DNA of 45,673 nt from Octopus bimaculoides (taxonomy: Eukaryota), in the NCBI RefSeq assembly GCF_001194135.2, contig NC_068993.1, positions 58,224,251 through 58,269,923 of the forward strand, written 5' to 3'. The position numbers were made by a program, and so were the translations under genes. The notes under the pieces were generated by a model that did no database searches, had not been told where the DNA came from, and was given only the letters and a program-made list of their open reading frames with translations. Of the stretch, positions 1-11,229 are shown piece after piece (the first letter of the stretch is position 1; the number at the start of each line of letters is the position of its first letter).

Positions 1-152
1 TTAAAAAAATTATCTTCGTTAAAAGACCGCTTCCTTCAAATCTTCCACCGGTTCTTTTGGCTAATTCCATCGATGTTATTGGATTAGATATGTTTTTGTA
101 TAGGGAGCCCGGTGTAGCACATCCATGTTGTTATTCAGCCCGGTGCTCTCTC

Positions 153-186
<34 letters not shown>

Positions 187-231
187 CGATATTATTATTA
201 TTACTACTACTACAACTACTACTACTACTAC

Positions 232-264
<33 letters not shown>

Positions 265-322
265 CATTATTATTATTATTATTATTATTATCCTCATCAT
301 CATCATCATCATCATCATCATT
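153..322. repeat. compound trinucleotide microsatellite (ATT)n/(ACT)n/(ATC)n
   Basis: Read directly from the sequence; it accounts for the poly-L/I/N ORFs at 57-385. Confidence 0.97.
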
Positions 323-1470
323 GTTATAAAACATTATCATAAAACATTTTATACATGAATAACGCATATACTTATCACATTGCAAGGCGCCAATTGAACG
401 CCTTTGTAATTCTTAATAATCTTTTGCTATTCGAAATCAATCTTCATTTTTCATTTATTTCATTTTTTTCATTTCTCCACACTTTATTAACGTACTTACA
501 CTTAATATTAAAACAGATTCCGGTAAGATATACCATCTGATTATAATTAGGTAATATTAATAACATTCATATTAATCTTGTCACTACTTCACTTTTCATT
601 CATGTATGATATTTCGCTACAGCCTGTAAAATAACACTTAACATTAACTACAAAATACATTACTCATAAATTTCGAGAGATATCAATCATCTGACAATAT
701 TTTGTAGCAAACTTCTAAGAGCAATTATGTACACCAGTAATTTAGAAACCAGCTTAAATGCTTAAATAATTAAATTTTATTGTTGCTTTATTTTTGTTTT
801 TAATTAATATTTCTTTTCAAACTCCTACACTCATCCAAATCTCTCATGTTTTTCTGTGTTATTTCAATAAATTCCTTCTTCGTCGATCGCCCAACTAGAT
901 AGCATATAAAATATTATATGTTTCCTTTAATTTTCTGCTATTGTTTTCCCAATCTATGTCTGTAAATCTTTTTTTTTTTTTTTTTGCATTATTAACTATT
1001 CGTAGATTCTTGTTCGCCATAATTAAAATAATTTAGATACTTCTTTACAGAATTTACCTTTGTACACTGAGGAACATACAAAATAGTTAAGCAAAACATC
1101 TTTTTTCTAAAATGAGTTAGATGTTTAATACGCCTCTATTCAAATTACTGAAAACCTAGACATAGCTGTTTTAACGACAATTATGTCGCCTCTATTTAAA
1201 AAAGAGCTATTTTAAATAAAATGACGATTTTCATTAGATTTAAATCATTCTATGAACACTTCTTAATTAACACAATCTTGTCAAAAGCCACAACTAAAAA
1301 CAACAACCCCGCGTGCCTTTTTCGGTCATCCTTTATCAAACATGTCTAACTAACGTATAGCTCAGTTAAACATGTCTGACAAAGAAAGACACGTCTACCT
1401 AAAACATGTTTAATAACATCAGGAAACGTCTGTTAAAATGTATTAAAATTATAATTAAATTTTTCGTTTA

Positions 1471-1893
1471 GGCGCAGGAGTGGCTGTGTGGTAAGCAGCT
1501 CGCTTACCAACCACATGGTTTCCGGTTCAGTCCCACTGCGTGGCACCTTGGGCAAGTGTCTTCTACTATAGCCTCGGGCCGACCAAAGACTTGTGAGTAG
1601 ATTTGGTAGACGGAAACTGAAAGAAGACCGTCGTATATATGTATATGTATATATATATATACATATATGTGTGTGTTTGTGTGTCTATGTTTGTCCTCCA
1701 ACATCGCTTGACAACCGATGCTGGTGTGTTTACGTCCCCGTAACTTAGCGGTTCGGCAAAAGAGACCGATAGAATGAATAAGTATTAGGCTTCCAAAGAA
1801 TAAGCCCTGGGGTCGATTTGCTCGACGAAAGGCAGTGCTCCTGCATGGCCGCAGTCAAATGACTGAAACAAGTAAAAGAGTTAAAAAAGTAAA
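1471..1893 (+). mobile_element. SINE family A, full length (tRNA-like head, CORE-like block, internal TA/TG microsatellite, AAAGAGT tail)
   Basis: A-box-like TGGCTGTGTGG and B-box-like GGTTCAGTCCC, followed by CCTTGGGCAAGTGTCTTCTACTATAGCC. Near-identical copies at 4087, 10013 and 41150. Resembles octopus CORE-type SINEs from memory; family name unverified. Confidence 0.93.
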
Positions 1894-2543
1894 GGAGCCA
1901 CTATCTACAAAATCGAAACGTTTCCGTGCACAGGAGGGAAATCCAAAACAAGAATCTCAGGATTGAGTATTAGATACTTTTGACCATTCTTCACACTCAT
2001 TTGGAATTGTAAAGATTTTCATTGGATTTATTACACATTGTTTGAGAAATTATCTCCTATTTATCCTTAGTTTCTGGCTGTGTATATCTGTTCTAATGTC
2101 TCTCTTGTGTATTAGATTTAACCAAGATATTCTACAAATTGGTTTTCTTTGAATAATTAAAATTTACACTCACGTTTACGTTTATATGTCATTTTATTTT
2201 CATTGCTTTGCTCAATGTTGTTTATTTGTATATATTTATTTGTGTGTTATGTTTAATATATATTTATTTATATGAGATATATGTTTGTTATTTGTATTGT
2301 TACCATTGCAAGAGAGAATATTTATTGCCTTCAAGTTTGTGCAGTATATAAATCAATTAAATCTGTGGAACGTAAATGGAGATTAGGAGAAGGGAAGGTG
2401 GGTGGGGTGAGGTGGAATGTTTTTCCGTCGGAATTTAACAAGTCAAGTTAAAGCATCAACAGCTGCAGCACCGAGAGTAGCGACAATTAGTTAGAAGTCT
2501 GTTCAAGTCTAGTTTACGACACAATAAATGTAGGAATGGTAAT

Positions 2544-2640
2544 GGAGGAGGAGGAGGAGGAGGAGGTGGTGGAGGAGGAGGAGGAGGAGAAGAAGAAGAA
2601 GAAGAAGAAGAAGAAGAAGAAGAAGAAGAAGAAGAAGAGG
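2544..2640. repeat. (GAG)n-(GAA)n microsatellite
   Basis: Read directly from the sequence. Confidence 0.97.
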
Positions 2641-2757
2641 AGCAAGGTGGAATAGAAGAAGAGAAGGAACGCTACAAAAGCCCGTTTCAATGTAAAGATC
2701 AATAATCGATCAATAAACATAGAAGGGAATTGCTGAAGCAAAACGAAGTGTGTGAGC

Positions 2758-3150
2758 CTGGCTTTTCATTGTATCGGTCACATGTGGATCCAGGAAGCAC
2801 GAGTTAAGAATAAGGAAATTGGTGAACCATGACATGAGTAAACAGCGAAGAATATTGCAGTTAAGGCGAAAGAGGGAATTACAAAATTTAAAACCATTCC
2901 CCTTAGAAAAGGGATATTCGAAGAGGAGAACCTCTTTTCAATCCTTTCCTCTCTGGCGTTAAAGCCTTTGACCGACATCATTTACAGAACTAGATATTGG
3001 TAAAACTGCAATTGTAAAACATCTCTTGTATGTCTCTGATCTCAAATTGTATACAGCACATAAAAAACGAATTGGAAACACTAATGCAAACAGTACATCA
3101 ATTTACCAAATAAATTGATGTGGAAATCAAATTAGAAACGTGTACCAAGG
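2758..3150 (+). pseudogene. degenerate reverse transcriptase fragment of an R4/Dong-clade non-LTR retrotransposon
   Basis: Manual translation with stops and frameshifts gives LAFHCIGHMWI (cf. KAFDSVPHSWI), IPLRKGIFEEENLFSILSSLALKPLTDII (cf. IRRGIFQGDSLSPLLFCLALIPL), KHLLYVSDLKLY (cf. HLLYMDDLKLY) and NELETLMQTVHQF, in the expected order. Confidence 0.8.
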
Positions 3151-3419
3151 AATAAGCCATTAGAACGAATTTGATTAAGGATAAGATTGATAAAACTCAG
3201 AGGAAAAGTGCAAGATGTGTTAAAAAGGCGAAAAAACGTAAACAGTGAATGCAATTAGCTAGCACAAAACGAGTAGAAATGCAGAGATTGGTGAAATATT
3301 GAGTTGAGATGTTACCTAAGCTTATGGAATCAAAGTGACGAAAACGTGGTGAATGATAATTACAGAATTCTATAGGATTTCTGTATAGAGACAAATCGTA
3401 CTTTTAAAGCAAGGATTAT

Positions 3420-3990
3420 ATATCGAGTCCTGTACTTGGATGGTACTTTATTATATTCACGTCGGAAATTGACTTCGGCAGAATTTGAGCTCCGAGCGTA
3501 GAGAGCCGGAACAAATGCTGTTAGTCATTTTATCCAGTGCTCGGATTATTTTACCAGTTTGTCAACCTAAATAATTTCAAATGCATGTGCATAACCCACA
3601 GTTCTGATTTTCAGGGTTAGCTGATACCACCTTGACTGGCAATTATTTTACCTACCCGGAAGAATTAAAGGCAAATTTGACCTAGGTGGCATTTGAACTC
3701 AGGAAATAAAGACCCAGAAGAAATGTAGCAAAACATTTTATCCAACGTTCCAGTGATTTTGCCAATCCATCACCCTCGGTTACTGATTTCGGTACAATGC
3801 TAGCAATTTTGATGGAAGTGGCTTTTTCGATAATATCGACTCAAATAATTTATTGGTACACAAATTAACGCCTCGGAGGGATAAAAGAAGCAGTTGAACT
3901 CGACGGGATTCGAACTCAGAATATTAAGAGTCGAAAGAATAGCTACAAGAAATTTCATTTGATGTTCTACCGATTCTAGCAATACACCAC
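3420..3990 (-). mobile_element. three old, diverged SINE family B copies in tandem (approx. 3420-3573, 3614-3774, 3870-3990)
   Basis: Each carries the reverse complement of the family B B-box region (GAATTTGAGCTCCGAG, ATTTGAACTCAG, ATTCGAACTCAG) with degenerate flanks. Confidence 0.65.
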
Positions 3991-4086
3991 ACAGAAAAGA
4001 GTGTTTCCAATTTAGGTATAAGGCTGAGAATTTTGAAGATAGGGGATTGTTCACGTATTCTTTTATTATTTTATTTGTTTCACACA

Positions 4087-4266
4087 TTTGACTGTGGCCA
4101 TACTGGAGTACCGCCTTTAATCGAACAAATCGACCCTCAGAATTTATTCTTTGTAAGCCTAGTACTTATTCTATCGGTCTCTTTGACGAACCGCTATGTT
4201 ACGAGGACGTAAACACACAAGCATCAGTTGTCAAGCGATGGGGGGGGGGACAAACACTGACACACA

Positions 4267-4322
<56 letters not shown>

Positions 4323-4480
4323 CGACAGGCTTTTTTCAGTTTCCGTCTACCAAATCCACTCACAAGGTTTTGGTCGACCCTAGGCTATAGTAGAAGACAC
4401 TTGCCCAAGGTGCCACGCAGTGGGACTGAACCCAGAACCATGTGGTTGGTAAGCAAGCTACTTACCACACAGCCACACCT
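4087..4480 (-). mobile_element. SINE family A, full length
   Basis: Reverse complement aligns end to end with 1471-1893, including the internal (CA)n(TA)n tract. Confidence 0.93.
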
Positions 4481-4899
4481 ATCGGCCACAGTGCAATAAC
4501 ACTTACTTTTATCGCCTCGAAAGCAACGAGTGGGAGACATTACAAGGACAAATAATAAAACTATGCGTTGCAAAGAGTGTGGGAGGCTTCATTTAATTTG
4601 CAGTTCGTAATATCCGATAACAGCAACGTTTATATTTATGGAGACCAAGACCTGAAACAAGGCAAAACAACGTAACAAGTTGGTACAAATCAGCCGGTTT
4701 GGTAACTTACAACAAAGCTGGTTTCTGTTGAGAAGCGAGATCAAAGGTTTACCTCACGTTTCCTTCGACAGCCTCACCCAGTGCAAGTATTTTTCGTTAT
4801 GCTTCGCCTTCCTCTCTTCTGCTTAGATTGTGCCATGTGGGTTTTTACAGCTCAGGTATTTAGAACACATCATCCTTCGTATTGCGCACTTTCCACCTT

Positions 4900-5370
4900 A
4901 TATACAAACACAAGCACACATACACACACACACAACACACAAGTAAACACACACACACACAATACACACACATGCACAGACACTCAATACACACACGTAA
5001 ACATACACACACACAATACACACACACATGCACACACACAACACACACATACACACACAACACACATATACACACGCCATACACACGCAAAATACACACA
5101 CACAAATACACATATCACACACACACACACAATACACACTGACACAATACACACACATATATACACATAATCCCATATATATATACAAATATATATTTGC
5201 ACAAACACACACTTCCTTTGTCCTTCTCACTCCCTCACGACATTTCCCTCTCACTAATTCTGTTTGTCTCTCTATCTCACTCTCTCTCCACCTCTCTCTC
5301 TCTCTCTCCACCTCTCTCTCTCTCTCTCATTATTTTCCCATTTCTATCACTCTATTTCTTTGTCTCTCTC
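4900..5370. repeat. degenerate (CA)n, then (TA)n and (CT)n microsatellite block
   Basis: Read directly from the sequence; source of the HT/CV-rich ORFs. Confidence 0.95.
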
Positions 5371-6816
5371 GCTTTGTCACACACATCAGAGTCTCTCCCT
5401 CCCACCCCCGGCCATCCATCCTTTTTTAGGGTTGCCTAGTGCTTCATTATCCAATGTCCCTTATTTCTTTAAGACTGTAGAAAATTTGGTTTGAGGGAGT
5501 GCGGCAATTATTTCCAGCATGCTATGCAACCACGTAGAGGGTACTTTGGCGGTTTCATTGGTGTGCACAATGGAACTGAAGATTTCCTTTAGGAAATGCC
5601 TCTGCAACCAAGAACAGAATGTAACCATTAACAACAATAACAAAAACAAAATAAAATCACCAACAAAACCTACGTAAACAGCGAAAGCAGCTAAAGTAAC
5701 AAAACGGACAAAATACAGCAAAAATCAACTAAGACAGCAAAAACAACCACCAAAAAATAAAATAAGAGCAGCAAGGAAAGAAAATCAGAAAATTGCAACA
5801 AAAACGATAACAGAAAATAACTTAAGCACCACCATCTTGGATATTTCAGCTGCTGATTCTTCTCTGAAAACCACGGCACTTTCTTCTAACTTTAGACGCT
5901 GTCTGTCTGAATTTGTTTTGGATCTTTCGATATTCGATAATTATACGGTTTCGAAGCATCTTCCAATTTAACTATCCACACCATCTCGAAAATCCAGCCC
6001 CGATTAATGAAGCCGTCATGTTATCTTTTCGTAAAAAAGCAGAGAAGCTCACTTATTATGGCTATTGATTAATTTACTTTTCGACATGATTAAAGTTTTC
6101 TGTTGCTATATTAAGACAGATAACGATGTATTAGAAATAGACAGGCGTTGAGAACGAGAAGGTGGTTTACTAAAAATTAGCAACACAGTAAAAGCATGTG
6201 ACTTGTAAAACAATAGTTACATAACGAGCTCGAGACCAGCCTGAAAAATCGACCTCCACTTGACCTGCTAGAAACAGCAGTTACATCGCAATCAAATTAC
6301 ACAATATAATCTTATAAAGGGAAAGATATTTGGGTAGTGCCGTTCTAACTGCGTTGCTTCTAAACGAAAAAGATGAGACTATCATGTCTTTGGGAGCCTT
6401 GACTTTGGCGATATGTTTATTGGATCAGAAATTAAATGAGGTCCAGTAAGAAAAAGGTGAGGTTTTTAAGGGATTAACTTACTGCAAAAATCGCAAATCC
6501 TCAAATCTTATTAGCTTTTTTGTTTTTTTTTTAAATAATGGAGGCAACATCGAGTAATGATATGGTACATTTCAATGAATAAAGATTGGTGAATGAAGGC
6601 TAGACCGTTGAATAACAACAGCAACATCAAAACGAGACAAAGCTACTCATCGAGTTATCCAACTTCCGTTTAAAAAAATCACAAGACATCTTCAATAAGA
6701 ATCATTGTATAATATGGCCACACACACACACACACAAATATACATATGTATATAAAATAATTAGGAGGTTAGACGCAATTTGAAACCAAGAAAGGCAATA
6801 AATTCTCGGCAAAAAG

Positions 6817-7089
6817 AGCGACCGAGAGGACCAAGAGTGCAGTGAGCACCAGCATTGCTAGAAATAAGAGTCATTGACTCTTTAGGCACCAAACCACATG
6901 TTCTTTATACTGACAAGAGAGACAATCTCCCCACCGAAAAAGAGGGCATTACATTGGCACGCCAGAACAGTGGGGAGGTTTTCTCCTTTGTGAGTACATA
7001 GAACATGGCCTTTTATGCCTAAAGCGTCTATGACTTTTATTTCTAGCGATCCTGGTGCTCCCTGCACCCTTGGTCACTCTTAGTGACGG
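6817..7089. mobile_element. foldback / MITE-like element with long inverted arms
   Basis: 6830-6934 and the reverse complement of 6970-7074 align without gaps, about 86/105 identical by hand count, with a 35-nt spacer. Weaker similarity extends to about 6817 and 7089. The right end abuts (TA)n. Confidence 0.8.
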
Positions 7090-8925
7090 TATATATATAT
7101 ATATATATNNNNNNNNNNNNNNNNNNNNNNNNNNNNNNNNNNNNNNNNNNNNNNNNNNNNNNNNNNNNNNNNNNNNNNNNNNNNNNNNNNNNNNNNNNNN
7201 NNNNNNNNNNNNNNNNNNNNNNNNNNNNNNNNNNNNNNNNNNNNNNNNNNNNNNNNNNNNNNNNNNNNNNNNNNNNNNNNNNNNNNNNNNNNNNNNNNNN
7301 NNNNNNNNNNNNNNNNNNNNNNNNNNNNNNNNNNNNNNNNNNNNNNNNNNNNNNNNNNNNNNNNNNNNNNNNNNNNNNNNNNNNNNNNNNNNNNNNNNNN
7401 NNNNNNNNNNNNNNNNNNNNNNNNNNNNNNNNNNNNNNNNNNNNNNNNNNNNNNNNNNNNNNNNNNNNNNNNNNNNNNNNNNNNNNNNNNNNNNNNNNNN
7501 NNNNNNNNNNNNNNNNNNNNNNNNNNNNNNNNNNNNNNNNNNNNNNNNNNNNNNNNNNNNNNNNNNNNNNNNNNNNNNNNNNNNNNNNNNNNNNNNNNGA
7601 CAGACAAATACAAAAAGGTTATGTGAGTTCGAATGATTCTTTTAAAATATTAATTATGAATAAACGAATAATTTGCTTACTTTTGCCTTTAAATGAAAAT
7701 TTGGCTTAGTTTTGCCTTTAAACGAGAACTTTTGTGTTTTTATTCAGGATAAAACGTTCTTTATATCATTTCATAATTTATTTTCTCATAATTCCTATTT
7801 TGTGGGTTTCTGGTTGGAACCCCCAGGTTTTCTGCACTGAAAGAGCCTGGCTAAGAGTCTATACGGTAATGTGACACAGCCCGGACACCTTGCAACTATG
7901 TTATGACACCAACCAGCATGTTGCAGAGGGTGTTTGAAGACTCAAGGGTTCATAAAACCGACTTTGAATATTTCACTTACTCTATAAACTACGAGGCTTT
8001 TGAAATGGATATTTTATATTCATGTCCAGGCAATCTTATCAACAGATATTGATCTGTGAACTTGTAACTAAAGGCAAATTGAAATATTAATTTCTTATCG
8101 GTGATTGAACTTTGCTTCAGTAAATATATATGCTGGTTGCAATTATATTATACAAATGAATGTTGCAGCCTTGTACTAAATCGAGAAACTATTTTTCTCT
8201 TGCGGTATCTGAGTAACTACCCGTTCTGTTGCGGGGCTGATGACTGTGTCCCCTGATTCTGCGTAGGCTAACGACAACGAATCACCCGATACAACCATAA
8301 TATGAGGTTGTAACTCGAACCGAAATGCTTTTATTTTTGCTTTTATTGTGAACGGTGTAGCTACGCGAACGTGCGAGATTAGCAGTTATGATATTCGTTG
8401 GATACCATACACGTATAGGTAGGCAGAGTTTGATTTTTCCCCTTTGGTTTTTGTCTCCTGTTACGGCCTCGTATTGCCTTAAAGCGCTGCCAATCACCTC
8501 GTTCTACCTCTGTGCTTGACACTCTGAGTTACGTGGTCCTCAAATGTTGAGGCGGTTACTGCGTAACCTGGTTCGCACGAGGAACACTCCACATCTCTAA
8601 TTTCTGCAGCAGCGACTCACGTGTCAATATATACAGGAGACGAGAGGGGATAATACTGAAAAGCCGAGCGCATGAAACTGAATGGTTCCGATAGGTAGCC
8701 TTTCAACACCGTTCTCAATCGCAGCCGATGTAGCCACGCTTATGTCGGGAGTAGCAATTCGTTGGATACCATACACGAGCCGGATTAGTACAGCTCATTT
8801 TGTCAGCTCTTCCGTATGTATTTCGTTCATGAAGGGAAGGGCCGTTCTGTTTAAAAATAAAAAGCTAGATGTACTTAGTCCTTCGAAACGAAAACGGTTC
8901 ATCACTTTTATCTCCGAGTAGGCCC

Positions 8926-9312
8926 TTCTTTTTGGCACTCCGTCGCTTACGACGTCGAGGGTTCCAGTTGATCCGATCAACGGAACAGCCTGCTCGTGAA
9001 TTTAACGTGCAAGTGACTGAGCACTCCACAGACACGCGTACCCTTAACGTAGTTCTCGGGGATATTCAGCGTGACACAGTGTGACAAGGCTGACCCTTTG
9101 AATTACAGGCACAACAGAAACAGGAAGTAAGAGTGAGAGAAAGTTGTGGTGAAAGAGTACAGCAGGGTTCGCCACCATCCCCTGCCGGAGCCTCGTGGAG
9201 CTTTTTAGGTGTTTTCGCTCAATAAACACACACAACGCCAGGTCTGGGAATCGAAACCGTGATCCTATGACCGCGAGTCCGCTGCCCTAACCACTGGGCC
9301 ATTGTGCCTCCA
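8926..9312 (-). mobile_element. SINE family C, full length, with 14-bp TSD
   Basis: tRNA-like head (TGGCCCAGTGG, GGTTTCGATTCCC). TSD CTCCG(A/G)GTAGGCCC at 8912-8925 and 9313-9326. A second copy lies at 24642-25260. Confidence 0.92.
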
Positions 9313-9655
9313 CTCCGGGTAGGCCCACCTAGAGAATAGTGTTAGTTGTCAAGATCGATGCAGGCTGCTACAAGGATATGTATATTATATGTATGTATGT
9401 TCGTGTTTGTGGCTGTATGTGTATGTGTTTTTATGTGCGTATATATGCGTGTGCGCGTGTGCTTGTATGTATGTGTGTGTATGTACATGTGCATGCATGT
9501 GTGTGTATATGTGTGTGTGTGAAGAAACAAATGCTTACCTATCCTACAGTCGGTCTAATATCTCAATGCTCTAGTGATTATAGACAAAGCCTTCTAGAAA
9601 TCCGATGTCGGTGTCTGCTGAAGCATTGAAGATATGTACCAAGAGAAATCGGTAA

Positions 9656-9671
9656 ATTATGACGTCATAAT
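9656..9671. promoter_or_regulatory. 16-bp perfect palindrome containing a full CRE (TGACGTCA)
   Basis: ATTATGACGTCATAAT is present in the sequence; function is unproven. Confidence 0.3.
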
Positions 9672-10012
9672 AGAAATACGTCAACATTTTCAATTGAAAA
9701 GAAATATTACCAACTATTTTTACCTCCCTTTAATTTTCTGAGTTGAAAAGCAAGAGTGAAATTACGTCATAATAGAACAACTACTAAATTTTGTAAAATT
9801 TCTTCTTCCATTAAATCATGGAAATTTGTTTAAATCATTAGTTAGCTACTGCAATGAAAATCTCTATATATTTATTGTTGTATTTATTTATTAAATATAT
9901 TTATATATATATATTTATTATACATATTTATTAGAGAAATCCAGTAATAATAAGCGTTTCTAAAATGGACACATGTCTCGAAATTTATGGGAAATAAGTA
10001 AGATTTCTTTCA

Positions 10013-10181
10013 GGCGCGGGAGTGGCTGTGTGGTAAGTAGCGTGCTTACCAGCCACATAGTTCCGGGTTCAGTCCCACTGCGTGGCATCTTGGGCAAGTG
10101 TCTTCTACTATAGCCTCAGGCCGACCAAAGCCTTGTGAGTAGATTTGGTAGACGGAAACTGAAAGAAGCCTGTCGCATATA

Positions 10182-10214
<33 letters not shown>

Positions 10215-10546
10215 NNNNNNNNNNNNNNNNNNNNNNNNNNNNNNNNNNNNNNNNNNNNNNNNNNNNNNNNNNNNNNNNNNNNNNNNNNNNNNNNNNNNNN
10301 NNNNNNNNNNNNNNNNNNNNNNNNNNNNNNNNNNNNNNNNNNATATACATGTGTGTGTGTGTGTGTATGTGTGTGTGTGTGTGTATGTTTGTGTCTGTGT
10401 TTGTTCCTTGAACATCGCTTGACAACCGATGGTGGTGTTTACGTCCCCATAACTTAGCGGTTCGCCAAACAAGTACTAGGCTTACAAAGAATAAGTCCTA
10501 GGGTCGATTTGCTCGACTGAAACAAGTAAAAGAGTAAAGAGTAAAA
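10013..10546 (+). mobile_element. SINE family A spanning a scaffold gap, with two internal deletions
   Basis: Head and tail match 1471-1893; the gap at 10215-10342 lies in the internal TA microsatellite. Confidence 0.9.
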
Positions 10547-11229
10547 TATTATAGGGCACAAACTGTAACAAGTCGGCGAGGTCACCTCCGTACCAATGAT
10601 GGTAAAAACCTCACCTACTTTGAACTTTGAATCTGCGCATTGGCAAATTTCTCTAAAAACACATTGGATAATTAAAACTTTAAGCTTAAAGATCTAAACA
10701 ATAATTTAATATAATTTGATTTCAAAAGCCAATAACGTAAAAACAAATTATTGTTTGTTTATAATGTTTTTTTTTGTGATACTTAAACATGAATCACAAA
10801 ACATTCAAATGATGACGTAATCGCCACACATTTATTACGATCAATTAACATTTAACATTTAGCGGTTCATTTGTCAGTATTGTAATGTTTATAAAAGTAA
10901 CCTTCTCTGCAATAGCTAGTGCTAATAAATGGAAAAAAAAAATACACTGTGTTACGGGCAATAGTTCTTTGTTCAATGGAAAATGAACAGAAAATAATTT
11001 TTCGTAGAAATATAAAAAAAAGAGCAAGTGTTTTATTTGTAAAGATTTGTTTACATTTTGTAAAAATTACAAATTTGAACGTCACAATTTGAGTAAACAC
11101 AAGGAATGGGAATAAGTGACAGGGCTCTATGTTTAGACAAGCTAGCATTTTGAAAAGAATTTTTATGCAAACAGCGATTTATTTCTAAAATACACACGAA
11201 TGAAAAGACTTCTTTAATGCAAGCATGTT

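Noticed and set aside
57-385. Homopolymeric or dipeptide ORFs (poly-L, I, N, YI, HT, CV, LS) here and throughout the window
   Set aside because: They are translations of microsatellites that lack stop codons.
2778-2981. Minus-strand ORF with a hydrophobic stretch
   Set aside because: It is antisense to the R4/Dong RT relic.
5460-5970. Long nearly open frames on both strands, with a signal-peptide-like MVVLKLFSVIVFVAIF
   Set aside because: Driven by an A/C-rich decayed (AAC)n tract, and interrupted by stops.
6250-6360. Old dispersed repeat (GACCTGCTAGAAA(C/T)AGCAG) with faint relatives near 40310-40355, 40690-40740 and 40855-40960
   Set aside because: Probably a real fourth old repeat family, but too diverged to set boundaries by eye.
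7870-8052. Open frame ..MTPTSMLQRVFEDSRVHKTDFEYFTYSINYEAFEMDILYSCPGNLINRY*
   Set aside because: About 60 codons is within chance expectation, and there is no convincing acceptor or homolog.
8236-8260. Other CTGA(T/C)GA motifs (8236, 21423, 35447) checked as hammerhead cores
   Set aside because: None has a stem II-GAAA-stem III-GUH arrangement downstream.
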